DNA of 63,931 nt, counting the filler, from Octopus bimaculoides (lineage: Eukaryota): the NCBI RefSeq assembly GCF_001194135.2. It is 6 parts of 6 records of this genome, joined end to end, with 100 filler letters (N's around TTAATTAATTAA, not from the genome) between each part and the next. Parts side by side here need not be neighbours in the genome. Positions count along the whole stretch, not along the records: positions 38,890 to 56,089 come from NC_068982.1; positions 56,190 to 62,439 come from NC_068987.1; positions 62,540 to 63,931 come from NW_026330360.1; 3 more parts are not named here. One strand, 5' to 3'. Under the pieces are notes generated by a model, which saw only the letters and a list, made by a program, of their open reading frames with translations, made no database searches and was not told the origin of the DNA. Below are positions 50,141-63,621 of the stretch, piece after piece (position 1 is the first letter of the stretch; each line of letters begins with the position of its first letter). The position numbers and the translations under genes are program-made.

Positions 50141-50679
50141 TTCCACATGCACGTGTGTGTGTGTGTGTGTGTGTGTGCGTATGTGTGTGTGTGTATCTGT
50201 CTGTCTGTGTCTGTGTAATTATCTTTGTCTATTAAGACAAAGAAATTTTTACAGAATTTTAAATAGTAAAATCTTGAGAGATCTGAAATATTAATCACTT
50301 TGATGATATCTTACAGACATAACTAAAAATTCTGGCATCTGGTGCTTCAGCACTTATACATAATCAAGCTACATTTAAACAGAATCTACCTAATTCAGTA
50401 GATTTGATAGAGAGACTAAAGTGTTGAACTGAAATAACTATACGAGTTGTGTACCTTGTTAAAAGTAGAAGGTAAATGAAATGTTGAGATTATAAATGAT
50501 AAGGCAGATAAATAAGTTATCTTCCAGCTCTTTAGCATATTTCTAGCATGAAATCAATAATTATTTCAATTATGTATTTTTATATCTAAACTGCTGATCT
50601 GCTAGTAAAATGCATTAATGTACTGAAACACCTCAGCAAGCTAACACTTAATTACCATATTAGCTAATAGCTAAATTAA

Positions 50680-50903
50680 CCCTTTAACATTCAGATAACT
50701 CTGTCAAATGCAGTGCTTATTTATTCACATTGACTTGAACTAATAATTTGCTATCTTGTAGCTTTCAGATTTCAGTGAGGTGTTTATTTATCTATTTTTA
50801 GAATGAAATTGTAGGACAGGTATGAGAGGCGTGATCTAACCAATTTGAACATAAAACGGGTAGAATATTTGGGCCAGATATGGCTAATTTAAATGTTAAA
50901 GGG
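50680..50903. mobile_element. piggyBac-type MITE (224 bp)
   Basis: TTAA|CCCTTTAACATT ... AATGTTAAAGGG|TTAA. Confidence 0.85.
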
Positions 50904-50911
50904 TTAAATAT

Positions 50912-51344
50912 CCTCTTCTACTCTAGGCACAAGGCCTGAAATTTTGGGGGAGGGTAGGGCAGTCAATTACATTGACCCCAGTATGCAACTAGTACTTAAT
51001 TTATCGACCCCGAAAGGATGAAAGGCAAAGTTGACCTCGGTAGAATTTGAACTCAGAACGTAAAGACAGATGAAATACCACTAAGCATTTCACCCCGCAT
51101 GCTAACGTTTCTTATTTCTTTATTGCTCACAAGGAGTTAAACATAGAGGGGACAAACAAGGACAGACAAAGTGATTAAGTCGATTACATCAACCCCAGTG
51201 CATAACTGGTACTTAATTTATTGACCCCAAAAGGATGAAAGGCAACGTCGACCTCGGCAGAATTTGAACTCAGAACGTAACGGCAGACGAAATACCGCTA
51301 AGCATTTCACCCAGCATGCTAACATTTCCACCAGCTCACCACCT
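50912..51344 (-). mobile_element. Dimeric family-B SINE flanked by a 16-bp direct repeat
   Basis: Two B units are joined by a linker. TTAAAGGGTTAAATAT occurs at 50896-50911 and 51345-51360. Confidence 0.75.
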
Positions 51345-51693
51345 TTAAAGGGTTAAATATTGCATCATCAAATAAACTATGAATTTTTGCAGAAGAACCC
51401 ACCCACTTTTCTTTTACTTCTTTTTCTTTATTTCATCCTTTTATGAGGAATGTCACTCTGTCGGTTATGTCAACAAGTGTTCCAGCTGATCTGATCAACA
51501 GAACAGCCAGCTTGTGAAATTTACACACAAGTGGCTGAGCACACCACAGCCACATGTACACTTAATGTCGTTTTCAGGGAGATTCAGCATGACATAAAAT
51601 GTGACAGAAATAGTCTTTCTCCTGTTGGTGTCCTAAACTCAATAAAAGGCATATTTTAGATGTATGACCCACCAAATTGCAAGATCTCTTTCC

Positions 51694-51733
<40 letters not shown>

Positions 51734-53140
51734 ATTTCTTTTATTTTTCTCCAGCAACATTTTATGTTTTCACTATCACATAACCAATTTGAAATGTATA
51801 CATAACAAAAATGCAAAATTTATAAACTTTTTGAAGTGAACTAAAGCTAGATAATTATATTGATTTCAAATATTGGTACAAAGCCTGCAATAATTTCAGG
51901 GGAAGGAGTAAGTTGATTACATTGACCCAAGTGATCAACTGGTACTTATTTCATCAACCCCCAAAAGAAGGAAAGGCAAAGTTAACCTTGATGGAATTTG
52001 AACTCTGAACAAAAAGACAGATGAAATGCTGCTAAGCATTTTACCTGGCATGCTAACAATTCTGGAAGCTCACCACCTTAACACAAGCTTTCATAGTGAG
52101 ATGTGGTTTACAAATCATGTCGATAAACTCTAAAAGGCACCCTAGCTCTTCCAAGATTATCCACAAAGCTTACCTATTCATAGTACCAAAGGCCTTTAGT
52201 TGATAGATAATTTCTGTCATTGTAGAAATGTGTTTTGTAATTTTCTGAACACAAGTAATCTGTATAGAATAATCAGTTGGCTTGAAAATTAAAGTAAGAC
52301 TTATTAGAATTTGTTATCCTTTAGATGAATTTTGATTTCACTGAATACTTCCTTTTCATTTTTCAAATCCTGATTTATAGCAGTATGTTTTCAAAAATGA
52401 GAATTAAATAGATATATAGATAGACAGACAGATAAGCAGGCAGGTCAAAAGAAAATTCACTTCACAATTATTATAATTCTAATACAGATGATTTTTATCA
52501 CCTCACTGCTTACCGAAGGTTGTCTTCATTATGTGCATATTATTAATACTCACATGAATAGGCTGTGTTTTATTATGAATATATTATTGACTATAATAAT
52601 ACTGTATTATTACAGTCAATAATACATTCATAATAACACAACTCACTGATTTCATTCATATGTGTTGTATTATTTGTATTAATATAATCATTATATTAAC
52701 GCAAAATGGGAGGCTGTTTTCATTCATAGCAACAATATGGCTGAAGGAAAAATACTCTAGGGAACTATTCTGTATACTAAATATAAATATTGTTGGGTCT
52801 CATGTATTCATTACACTGAGATGAAAGCTTGGGATCAAATGTGATTATCCAAGTAGTTTGAAGAGAAAACAAAAAGAAAAAAAACATCTAGTGAGTGTTT
52901 GAGATCTAAAAATTACATTAATGGGAGATAACTACAGTAAGATCTGTTGGTTAAAATTTTTGTATGATTACAAAATGCAGACAGATGTAGACCAAACCTT
53001 TGAATCTAACAAGTGAAGGCAACAGACATATTTTGTTCTTATTAGATCTACTCAGAAAAATATGCTGCTACTCAGCTGATAAGATTAAAAGCAATCAAGG
53101 TATACACACAGACAGAGACACACGTGTATGAACATATGTA

Positions 53141-53193
<53 letters not shown>

Positions 53194-53196
53194 GCC

Positions 53197-53227
<31 letters not shown>

Positions 53228-53744
53228 CTATCTATCTGTCTTACTTATATAAGAATATTTCTTCATAAAGAACTCATTTCAGCTTGTCTTAGCACATTTA
53301 AGCTGAATGAGAAATCAAGTTGCCATATTTTCTCCCGTGTTCCCCTTTCTATATATGTCTTTGTGTTTACCTCAGGCCACTGTATATTCTTATGGCATAT
53401 GATACTCAGAAGAAACTTTAATTTCAGAATATATATTTAACATTATTTTACAACATTGAATTTACACATATGCCTTTACAAATATGAACAGATATATATA
53501 TATATATATATATATNNNNNNNNNNNNNNNNNNNNNNNNNNNNNNNNNNNNNNNNNNNNNNNNNNNNNNNNNNNNNNNNNNNNNNNNNNNNNNNNNNNNN
53601 NNNNNNNNNNNNNNNNNNNNNNNNNNNNNNNNNNNNNNNNNNNNNNNNNNNNNNNNNNNNNNNNNNNNNNNNNNNNNNNNNNNNNNNNNNNNNNNNNNNN
53701 NNNNNNNNNNNNNNNNNNNNNNNNTATATATATATATATATTTA

Positions 53745-54170
53745 TATATTACATCGAAGAGACCAAAGTGTACATATGCCACGATTTTTTTATAAATAAA
53801 AAATACAAAAATGTGACAAGAATGCAAAACATCCAGACAGACGATACAAAGAAAACAAGGACAGGTTATTCAGAGTTTTCTTTCTTCAGTCGAGTTCCAG
53901 ATTATCTTTGCAATTTTGACTGCTTATACTCGAGATTGCTCCAATCTGGCCACCTCCTAGGAAAAACTAAGCTAAGAGCATTAGATTCCTTAGAAGAAAG
54001 CAGCAAATGTATACAAAAACAAGGATGGAAAAAAACGGAGAAATGTTACACAAATACAAAACAAATAACAGGACATAACAACAGGTGTCTTGCGACTAAG
54101 GACAAATTAAATTAAGCTGGTATGTGTGGAAGTAAAGCCTTACGGCAGGGACATAAGATTTGACACACAT
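53745..54170. repeat. Second copy of the 23545-24268 repeat family
   Basis: Reverse complement of ~23940-24268. Confidence 0.75.
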
Positions 54171-55229
54171 ACACACATTTTCTATGATATTTTTAGGCAA
54201 ACCTTACTTACAATATGAAATTTGCTATGTTTTTCTCGTGTACTTCAGTTTAATTCAACCCAGTACTTTGCCAATTTTTTAAATAAATACATGCTGTTTA
54301 ATTACTTTGAATTACACTGATACTACACCAAAAGATATCTTTACTTCTGGTGGTGTGCAGAAACTAAAAGAGAACTATTTTAAATAATTTATTATTATCT
54401 TAGTGCATTCATGTTTTCTACAGCTAAACATTATCAATAACAGTGATAAACAAATGTGAGTTTTTGAATCTTTTACATACAACATAGAATACTTAATTGT
54501 AACTGAATTTTAATTTTAACTCTGTGATTTAAAATGATTACTGATTACTATTTCTGAACAGAAAAATAAAGTGGGAGAAATTGCTCAGCTATTCTACTAT
54601 CAGCAGGGGTAGGGAAAAGGGGAAGGATAAGGGAAAGCAATAATTTATTATCACTATAGAGCTCTGCTTCATTTTCTACCTAAAATGATAGCAAACAATT
54701 TTGAATTTGTTGGCTCTGGCATTCATTCTTCTAGAGTTAATAAATTATCCATAGCAGTAGTATATTGAGGAAGTTTTTTTGGCTGTCAGTTCATTTAACT
54801 ACAAATGTGGCCAGTCAGAAGACATCAGTATTATTACACAATCAAAGAAACACATATGATATCTATCCTCTTCCAGAAACTGGTGAACTCTCTTGACAAA
54901 GCTGTCCTGATGATGTCTGGCAACTTATTTCCTCTGCATTAACACACAATTGGCACCGTTTCAATTCATTCAGAAAAATCTACTTGATTGAATTGAACTA
55001 AATTGGATTTATTCCTACAAAATATTTCCCTCTCTTCTTATTGAAGAATATGTTATCACCTCTTTTTCACTGTTTGGTTTATCAGTGTGTATGTTGCTCT
55101 ATTCATTAGGTTGTATTAATAGTAATCTGATTTTTAAGTTACAATCTTCAACTGAGATATATTTGTACTACCTGTTAGTTGGCAGTCCTGCCCTGTGTAA
55201 TAAAGATAAAATCATGTTTTCACTTTATA

Positions 55230-55650
55230 TATTAGGTTGGCAACTAAGTTCTCACCGTTTTTTAAAATTTAAATTTTTTAAAAGGTTTAATAAAAAATAA
55301 CAACTAATTAATCAATAATGTATTCACCCTTGTTGTTTACAACTTCTTTCCAACATTCAACAAGATTTTCTATACCTCGTTGGTAGAAATCACCCGATTT
55401 CGACTCGAAAAATTGATCCAACCAAGCTCTCAATTCTGCATCAGTATTGAACGAAACTCAGCACATAGCATTTGAAAGAGATCGAAAGAGGTGGAAATCC
55501 GTTGGTGCCAAATCGGGAGAGTATGGCGGGTGTGGCAGCACTTCCCAGCCATGCGTTTGAATGGCTTCCTTGGTCATATTGGTGATATGAGGGTTGGCAT
55601 TGTCATGCAGCAGAAGAATTCCATGCTGATGATTAGGTTTTTTCTATTGA
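55230..55650 (-). mobile_element. Mariner (DD34D) transposase 3' fragment with right TIR
   Basis: LLHDNANPH...VLPHPPYSPDLAPTDFHLFRSL...KGEYIID*, with exactly 34 residues between the second and third Asp. TIR tattaggttggcaactaagttctc. Confidence 0.9.
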
Positions 55651-56189
55651 ATTGACGTGTTGAATATGTTTCATGTCATATTCAATATGTTTCATGTTAT
55701 ATTCAATATGTTTCATGTCATTACAACCTGTTTATACACATGTGATTTAAGGGCAACTATTAATGTTGTCTGTTGTTTGCTGTCTGCTATGAATTAATGA
55801 AACTTGACCCTGAAGAGATGCAAGATCCCATTTTCTTATCTCAGTCAAGAGTGAGTCGGGATATTGCATTGAAATGTGCATAGGTTATTAAACAAGTCTT
55901 TACGATGGTTTGCGTTATAGCTCTTAATTAAATTGATATATATATATGAAGAATAGGAATGTGAAATTCTGAATAGCAGATTTTGTAATGTTTTTGCAGC
56001 TTTAATAATAAAGCATATTACTCTACCTCTAGTATTTGAGTACTATTTTTTCTCATCTTGTTTCACATTTATGTGCTTACTCAGGTATANNNNNNNNNNN
56101 NNNNNNNNNNNNNNNNNNNNNNNNNNNNNNNNNTTAATTAATTAANNNNNNNNNNNNNNNNNNNNNNNNNNNNNNNNNNNNNNNNNNNN

Positions 56190-56720
56190 TGGTAATGATG
56201 GCAGTATCGGTGGTGGTGGTGGTGGTGGTGGTGGTGGTGGTGGTAGAAGTGGTGCTGGTGGCAGTGTTAGTGGGGGAGTGTTGGTTGCGTTGTTGCGGTG
56301 GTAGTTACAATATATGCGGTGGTAGTATTAAAGTAGTCGCTATTGTTTGTGGTAGCAGTAACAATGGTGACGCTGATGTTTTTGCTGTTGTTGTTGTTGG
56401 AGGTGGTGGTGGTGGTAGTGGCGGCGGCGGCAGCGGTGGCGATGGTGGGTGTGTATTCATGGGTGCAAGATGAGGTGATGGTGCTTGTGATTCGGATAAC
56501 GTTGATAAAATTGATCAGGATGAGAATTGACAATGACGATGACAACACCGACGACGATGACGTTGATGATAATGATGATGATGATGATGATGCTAAGGAC
56601 TTCTGAGATGATCATGCTAATGGTAATACTGATAAATGTGGTGTTAGCGACGGTATTGTGCGCTTGATGGTGTTGTTGTTGTTGTTGCTGTTGATAGTGG
56701 TGGTGGTGGTGTTGGTGATA
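56190..56720. repeat. Low-complexity trinucleotide tracts (GGT/GAT/GTT)
   Basis: Direct inspection. Similar tracts occur at 45250-45330, 57340-57540 and 60424-61360. Di-/tetranucleotide microsatellites (AT, AC, ATAC, ATCT, AG) occur throughout and border most gaps. Confidence 0.9.
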
Positions 56721-56850
56721 GTGGTGGGTGCCGCAGAGGTGTGATGATAATCTAGGTGAAGTTGATAAGAGGAAACTGACTGACACCTTTGCTTTGTCTT
56801 TGTACAGTACGCAGTTACCTCCTTCCACTGAAGTTAAGGAGAAACAAACA

Positions 56851-56905
<55 letters not shown>

Positions 56906-57357
56906 NNNNNNNNNNNNNNNNNNNNNNNNNNNNNNNNNNNNNNNNNNNNNNNNNNNNNNNNNNNNNNNNNNNNNNNNNNNNNNNNNNNNNNNNNNNNNNN
57001 NNNNNNNNNNNNNNNNNNNNNNNNNNNNNNNNNNNNNNNNNNNNNNNNNNNNNNNNNNNNNNNNNNNNNNNNNNNNNNNNNNNNNNNNNNNNNNNNNNNN
57101 NNNNNNNNNNNNNNNNNNNNNNNNNNNNNNNNNNNNNNNNNNNNNNNNNNNNNNNNNNNNNNNNNNNNNNNNNNNNNNNNNNNNNNNNNNNCTACACCCA
57201 TTTGGAAAATTAACGAAGACATTTAGGGAAGGGAAATTCGTAAAGAATTATTTCATTATTGCATTTATCTAATTAATTACATTGTTCTTGCACTAGAATA
57301 TATTTGGAGATTCATTGTTGTTGTTGCTTTTGTTTTTATTGCCGTTTTTATGTTGTT

Positions 57358-57393
<36 letters not shown>

Positions 57394-57503
57394 GGTATTG
57401 TTGTTTTTAATGATGGTGATAAATATTGCTTCCCATTGTCATCATCATTATCCTCAAAGCAGAAGTAGTAGTAGTAAATAATAATAATAATAATAAAAAT
57501 ATC

Positions 57504-57539
<36 letters not shown>

Positions 57540-58280
57540 CTTTCCTACTATAGGCAAAAAGGCCTGAAATTTTGGGAGCATGGGTTTAGACGAATACATC
57601 GACTCCGAAAGGATGAAAGGGAAATCGTCCTCGGTCGAATGTGAACTCAAAACGTTAAAACAGAAGAATTGCTGCGAAGGTATTCTTGTCTGGTGGGCTA
57701 ACGATTCAGCCAGCACGCTGCTTTTACAATATCCGCGCTTATAATAGCAATTTATTCGCGACAAGGCCCTGAGACGTTGAGATGGCTATAAGTGCGTATG
57801 ACAAAAGTGAACAACAAACTAGAAACAACAGCGAATTCATATTGATTAAAAGGTGAATTCATGTTGATCAATATGAACATTAAAGACGTTAATGAATAAT
57901 AATAATGATATTGGTTTCAAAGTTTGACACAAGACCAGCAAGTTTGCAGGGCGGGTTAAGTCGATTACATTGATCCCAGTATGTAACTAGTACTTATTTT
58001 ATCGACTCCGAAAGGATGAAGAGCAAATTCGACTTCGCCAGAATTTGAACACAGAAAGTAAAAAAGGAGGGGATGTCGCTAAGCATTTTGCCCGGCGTTC
58101 TAATGAGTCTGCCAGCACGCCATCTTAAATAACAACAATAAAACTGATTTCAAATTTTGGTACAAGGCCAGCAATTTCGGGAGATGGAGTAAGTTGAATA
58201 CATCGACACTAGTTCGCAACTAGTAATTATATTATCGATCTCGGAAGGGTGAAAGGCAAAGCCGGCCTCGGCGGAATAGC
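57540..58280 (-). mobile_element. Cluster of three same-orientation family-B SINEs
   Basis: Three decayed copies of caaggcc...tatcgac(t/c)ccgaaaggatgaa...gtcgacctcggc begin at ~57545, ~57920 and ~58160. Confidence 0.75.
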
Positions 58281-60665
58281 AAAAATTATATTGAACAATA
58301 AAATATCAGGAAAGGATCTTCAAAACAAAGGCAGGATCGAACACAGAGTGCGATTCGCTGCTCCCATTCCCAACCTCGATTTATCCTGACACACTAAATG
58401 TAAGTACCTTCTTATATTTCATGTTGCAAGCGTTGTCACAGTGTTAGCGCAGCCTTATTTAACCACAATACTATTACCATTTCATCCACCTTTCAAAAAA
58501 AAATTTTTGAGAGCAGCACTGCCAACTCTACTCTCACTCATTATTCAAGTAGTAATTCAAAAAAGAAACAGATGAAAACTGATGTGAGCTTGTCATGTGA
58601 GGAAAGGCTCTGTTCTCCGACCGTTCGACTGTGTCCATTGCACAACTACATTTGCCATAGCTTCCAGATAGGGAAATAATATCAGTTCTTCGTTGCCGAA
58701 AGAAGGCATTGGTCGATCATCACGACAGATTCAGTTGAAAGCAAAATGCAGTCCACAAGTGATAATATCTCTTCGACTTAAATCTAAGATCAGCAATGCA
58801 CAAACACTAAGCGAATGCGTAACGGACGATTTTGAAATATTGCACGTATCTCAGAAAAATTCATTTGATGACGACTCTATTATGATTACGCGCATAGCGA
58901 TTATTCTGAACATGCAAAAGCCGTCTGTAGCATTTCAAGGCCAGGAGCTTCGAAATTGCCCCAAATCTCCGAATGGGAAAGTTCTCTTGAATAGACTACT
59001 CAAACTTTTCTTTCACACCACCACTTTCAGATTAATATCAAAGCAACCATCTGCAGTAAGATCATGTAAACGGAGTCCATACATTTTTTCTCTCTATCAT
59101 TGTCGAACTATGTGAGTGTCAGGGTATCATAAACCGCAGCATACGGAAATCTGTTTGGTGTAGACATTAGCAGTAGTTCGACATTATGACAAAACATAAA
59201 ACGGAAAGACTCTTTTCTGGTCGTATATTTCATGTTACAAGAACTACAAAGAGGATATAGTACACTACTGAAAAGATGTAAACGTTTCTGCCTGAAGTTT
59301 CTGCCCACTTTTGAGAGAAAGAGTCGCCACCAGGGAAGTGGCATCTCTAGTTTTCATCCATCTGGATGTCTTGCACCTCAATCAGACCTTTGATGCAATA
59401 GAACTTCAACCAGACCTTCACTGTCTCTAGTGGAATTGCTCGTCGAAATCCCGTCAAAGACGTCTATTATATCTGACTAACTGACCCCATGCCGTCAAGT
59501 GGTACTGTATATTATCGACCCTGAAAAGATGAAAGGTAATGTCGACCTTGGTAGGAATTGAACTTAGATTGTAAACAATCTAAGGCGTAGGAGTGGCTGT
59601 GTGGTAAGTAGCTTGCTTACCAACCACGTGGTTCCGGTTTCAGTCCCACTGCGTGGCACCTTGGGCAAGTGTCTTCTACTATAGCCTCGAGCCGACCAGA
59701 GCCTTGTGAGTGGATTTGGTATACGGAAACTGAAAGAAGCCCATCNNNNNNNNNNNNNNNNNNNNNNNNNNNNNNNNNNNNNNNNNNNNNNNNNNNNNNN
59801 NNNNNNNNNNNNNNNNNNNNNNNNNNNNNNNNNNNNNNNNNNNNNNNNNNNNNNNNNNNNNNNNNNNNNNNNNNNNNNNNNNNNNNNNNNNNNNNNNNNN
59901 NNNNNNNNNNNNNNNNNNNNNNNNNNNNNNNNNNNNNNNNNNNNNNNNNNNNNNNNNNNNNNNNNNNNNNNNNNNNNNNNNNNNNNNNNNNNNNNNNNNN
60001 NNNNNNNNNNNNNNNNNNNNNNNNNNNNNNNNNNNNNNNNNNNNNNNNNNNNNNNNNNNNNNNNNNNNNNNNNNNNNNNNNNNNNNNNNNNNNNNNNNNN
60101 NNNNNNNNNNNNNNNNNNNNNNNNNNNNNNNNNNNNNNNNNNNNNNNNNNNNNNNNNNNNNNNNNNNNNNNNNNNNNNNNNNNNNNNNNNNNNNNNNNNN
60201 NNNNNNNNNNNNNNNNNNNNNNNNNNNNNNNNNNNNNNNNNNNNNNNNNNNNNNNNNNNNNNNNNNNNNNNNNNNNNNNNNNNNNNNNNNNNNNNNNNNN
60301 NNNNNNNNNNNNNNNNNNNNNNNNNNNNNNNNNNNNNNNNNNNNNNNNNNNNNNNNNNNNNNNNNNNNNNNNNNNNNNNNNNNNNNNNNNNNNNNNNNNN
60401 NNNNNNNNNNNNNNNNNNNNNNNATCATCATCATCATGTTTGTCATTAACGTCCATAGTTTTCATAGATTTGTGCAAGATTCATTTCTTTAGAAATCCGC
60501 CATATTTATCGTGTATTTTTTTCTCTCTCCCCACCTCCGCTTCTTATATTCTCAGAGGTGTTACTATCCTTGTTTCTTCTTTTTTTTTTCTATTGATGTT
60601 CTCGTTGCCATTGTAGCCGTACTTTCTTGTTGTCGCTGATGATGCTTCTATTGATATTATTGTTG

Positions 60666-60697
<32 letters not shown>

Positions 60698-61623
60698 GCC
60701 GTTTCTCTTCATGTTGATAAGGCTGCTCCTTTTGATGTTGTTGTTGCTATGATTGATGTCATTGTGGCTATGATTGCTGTTGTTGTTGTTGTTGTTTTCG
60801 CTGCTTCTATGTTGTTGGTGATACTTTTGTAGCCCCAGGCCAACCCTGATTGAGCAGGCCTAAGATCAAAAGCATTCCAGCAATGACCATACCGTTGTTA
60901 TTGCTAGGTTTGAGGAACTCAAGAATGTCTTATCTAATCTGTCCTTTAAAAAAAAGTCCAAAACACAAAACAAAAGAAAACGATGTTTGGAGGCGTTTGA
61001 AAGAGATTTGGCTGCTAATTTTAGCATCTCTAGCGGCCGCCCAGAAGTTCCTTTGTTGGCTCATTGCTACTTTTATTCATGCTGGGAGTTGTTGTAATAA
61101 TAGTTGTTTTAGATGTTGCTGTTGTAATTATTATTGCTGATTATTATTCTTGGCAGTGCGAGTTGTTTACATGTATTGTTTCTGTAGATGATAGCAATAG
61201 AAGTAGCTGAAATAGCAGTAATAACAATAATAGTAGTGGTAGTGGTTGCTTTTGTTTTTGATGTTGTTATTGGTACTGAAGCTGTTGTTGTTATTAGTAG
61301 CATTCTTGTTGTTCTTCTTCTAAGCTGAGATCTAAATGGAAGAATTTCAATTCTAAAATACATCAAAGCTATTTTTGAATTTTTATTTTGTCATATTTAG
61401 CAAAAATTGAATCCCTCCTCCACATTTCACCGCCCAAAATTATTATCCCTCTATTTGTGTTTCTCTGACTATATGTCTCTCTGTCTTTCTTTCTCACTCT
61501 TTCATCTCTCCCTCTCTCGGTCTCTTTATCTTCATCTTTTGTGTATATTTCTTTTTATTAAATTACATTTTCCACCATTTAGTTAATATATTCAAATACC
61601 TCCCCCTTCTCTCTCTCTCTCTC

Positions 61624-61665
<42 letters not shown>

Positions 61666-62255
61666 CATATATATGTNNNNNNNNNNTATATACATATATA
61701 TGTGTCTGTCTGTCTGTCTGTCTGACTGACTCTCTCTCTCTCTCTCTCTCTCCCTCTGCCTCTCAGTCTGTTTACGTGTTCATCTGTCTGGTCACCGCTT
61801 TTAGTCCGTCGCTTTCTCTTTCATTCTAATTATACATCTACGAAAATGTGTGTGTTTGCATGTGTATGCGTGTGTGCGTGCGTGCGTGTGTGTGCGCGCA
61901 CGCGCGTGTCCCTCTTACTGCGTTTCTTCCTGTCTTACTGTTACCCTCACTATTGCTCACTTTCAAGATTTACTTTTTCTTATCAATTTCAAATGAGCAA
62001 CCTTTCTCTATGAACTTCTTTCATTTAAACAACCAGAGCTCACTTGCACAGTTTGTTTCCTGCTTTAAGAGCAACCTCCCCCCACCCAATTTGATAAATG
62101 TTACTGAGATAATTAGCCCGTTTCAATATCATAGAATTTTCAAAACGTCGGAGATAACCAGGCCTATCTTAAGGTATGTTATGATTTCCTTATTACGAGG
62201 ATCATACTTCTTGATTTATAGAAGGGTTATGTGGCGATTAACCATTCACATCTGT

Positions 62256-62439
62256 GGAGGCGCAATGGCCCAGTGGTTAGGGCAGCGGACTCGCGGTCAT
62301 AGGATCGCAGTTTCGATTCCCAGACCGGGAATTGTGAGTGTTTATTGAGCGAAAACACCTAAAGTTCCACGAGGCTCCGGCAGGGGATGGTGGCGAGCCC
62401 TGCTGTACTCTTCCACCACAACTTTCTGTCACTCTTACT
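62256..62439 (+). mobile_element. tRNA-derived SINE head (CpG-rich, apparently young)
   Basis: ggaggcgcaatggcccagtggttagggcagcggactcgcgg...tttcgattcccagacc has A/B boxes, followed by a non-tRNA body. It is truncated by a gap. Confidence 0.7.
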
Positions 62440-62539
62440 NNNNNNNNNNNNNNNNNNNNNNNNNNNNNNNNNNNNNNNNNNNNTTAATTAATTAANNNNN
62501 NNNNNNNNNNNNNNNNNNNNNNNNNNNNNNNNNNNNNNN

Positions 62540-62579
<40 letters not shown>

Positions 62580-62582
<3 letters not shown>

Positions 62583-63376
62583 GTAAGACTCGTGGAAATT
62601 AAACAGAATGGAAAAAAATTAAGAGGACTTCTTTAAGAAAGAATAGATGACTTGCATTTTTATAGCATTCATGGTTTAGCTTTCTTTAAATATTCTTGAC
62701 GTTCGTCTACATTCATTTCCTCACGTCTCCGTAACTGTTGTCTTTTTCCTCTTTTAATCAGATTTTCTCGCTGTTCCTCCCTGATCCGTGCTCTGTATCT
62801 GCGCATCCCTTCTCGGGCAGCTTGCGACCATGTTTCTTGTAAATCCAGAGTTTTAGATAAATTAATCCTTATAAGCAAATTTCAATTTTTTAAGCGAGCT
62901 GACAATAAATAGTTGCACTTATAAGCATGCTTTAAGCAATGGTCGCTTAAAAAAATTAGTTCAATAAAAAAAAAACTTTTTACTATCAACACACCACTAC
63001 CACCACCACTATCTGCCTCCCCCTCTCTCTTAATATAACTGCCTCTCCTGTACATCTCTTTCTCTGTCTACCTTCCATTTCAACTAAATTTTTAACTACG
63101 TAATAAGTATTCCTTGCCCACCCCACCGCACGACATTAACATTTCTCTCTCCCTCTTTTTCTCTCCTTCTTCGCCTCTGCTTTAGCTGACCACGTGACCA
63201 CTTGGCCTAAGTGTATTAATATAAATCACCTTTCTCTACTTCTTTCTTCTTTTATCCCTCCCCTTCTCTCTCTTTCTCTCTCTCACTCTTACTCCACCTC
63301 CATCTTCACCTCCATCTCCACCTCTCTAACTAACTATTGTATAACGGGCGAACGAACAAGAAGATTATTATATAGA
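62580..63376 (-). mobile_element. Helitron 5' end and start of the Rep/Hel ORF
   Basis: The minus strand begins A|TCTATATAATAATC (canonical 5' TC after A). It carries an R/E-rich peptide AREGMRRYRARIREEQRENLIKR..RRREEM typical of Helitron N-terminal repeats. Confidence 0.6.
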
Positions 63377-63570
63377 TTATTATTGCCGGTTAAAATGCTT
63401 ACCAAGAGCTCGTTCTTCGTTACGTTTAGAGATCAAATTCCGCCGAGGTTGACTTTGCCTTTCATCCTTCTGGGGTCGATAAATTAAGTACCAGTCAAGT
63501 ACTAGAATCGATGTGATCGATTTCCCCCCTCCAGGAAAAAAATCCAAGCCTTGTGTCCATAGTAAAAAGG

Positions 63571-63618
<48 letters not shown>

Positions 63619-63621
<3 letters not shown>

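Noticed and set aside
52514-52562. Candidate upstream METTL24-like exon (PIHVSINNMHIMKTTF-g|GTAAGC, phase-1 end); another candidate near 41135-41196
   Set aside because: The phase fits, but the acceptors are weak and there is no family motif, so it cannot be distinguished from chance without RNA data.
62256-62330. tRNA gene
   Set aside because: The acceptor stem does not close and it runs into a SINE body, so it is a tRNA-derived SINE head. The same applies to 35110-35195 and 49210-49270.
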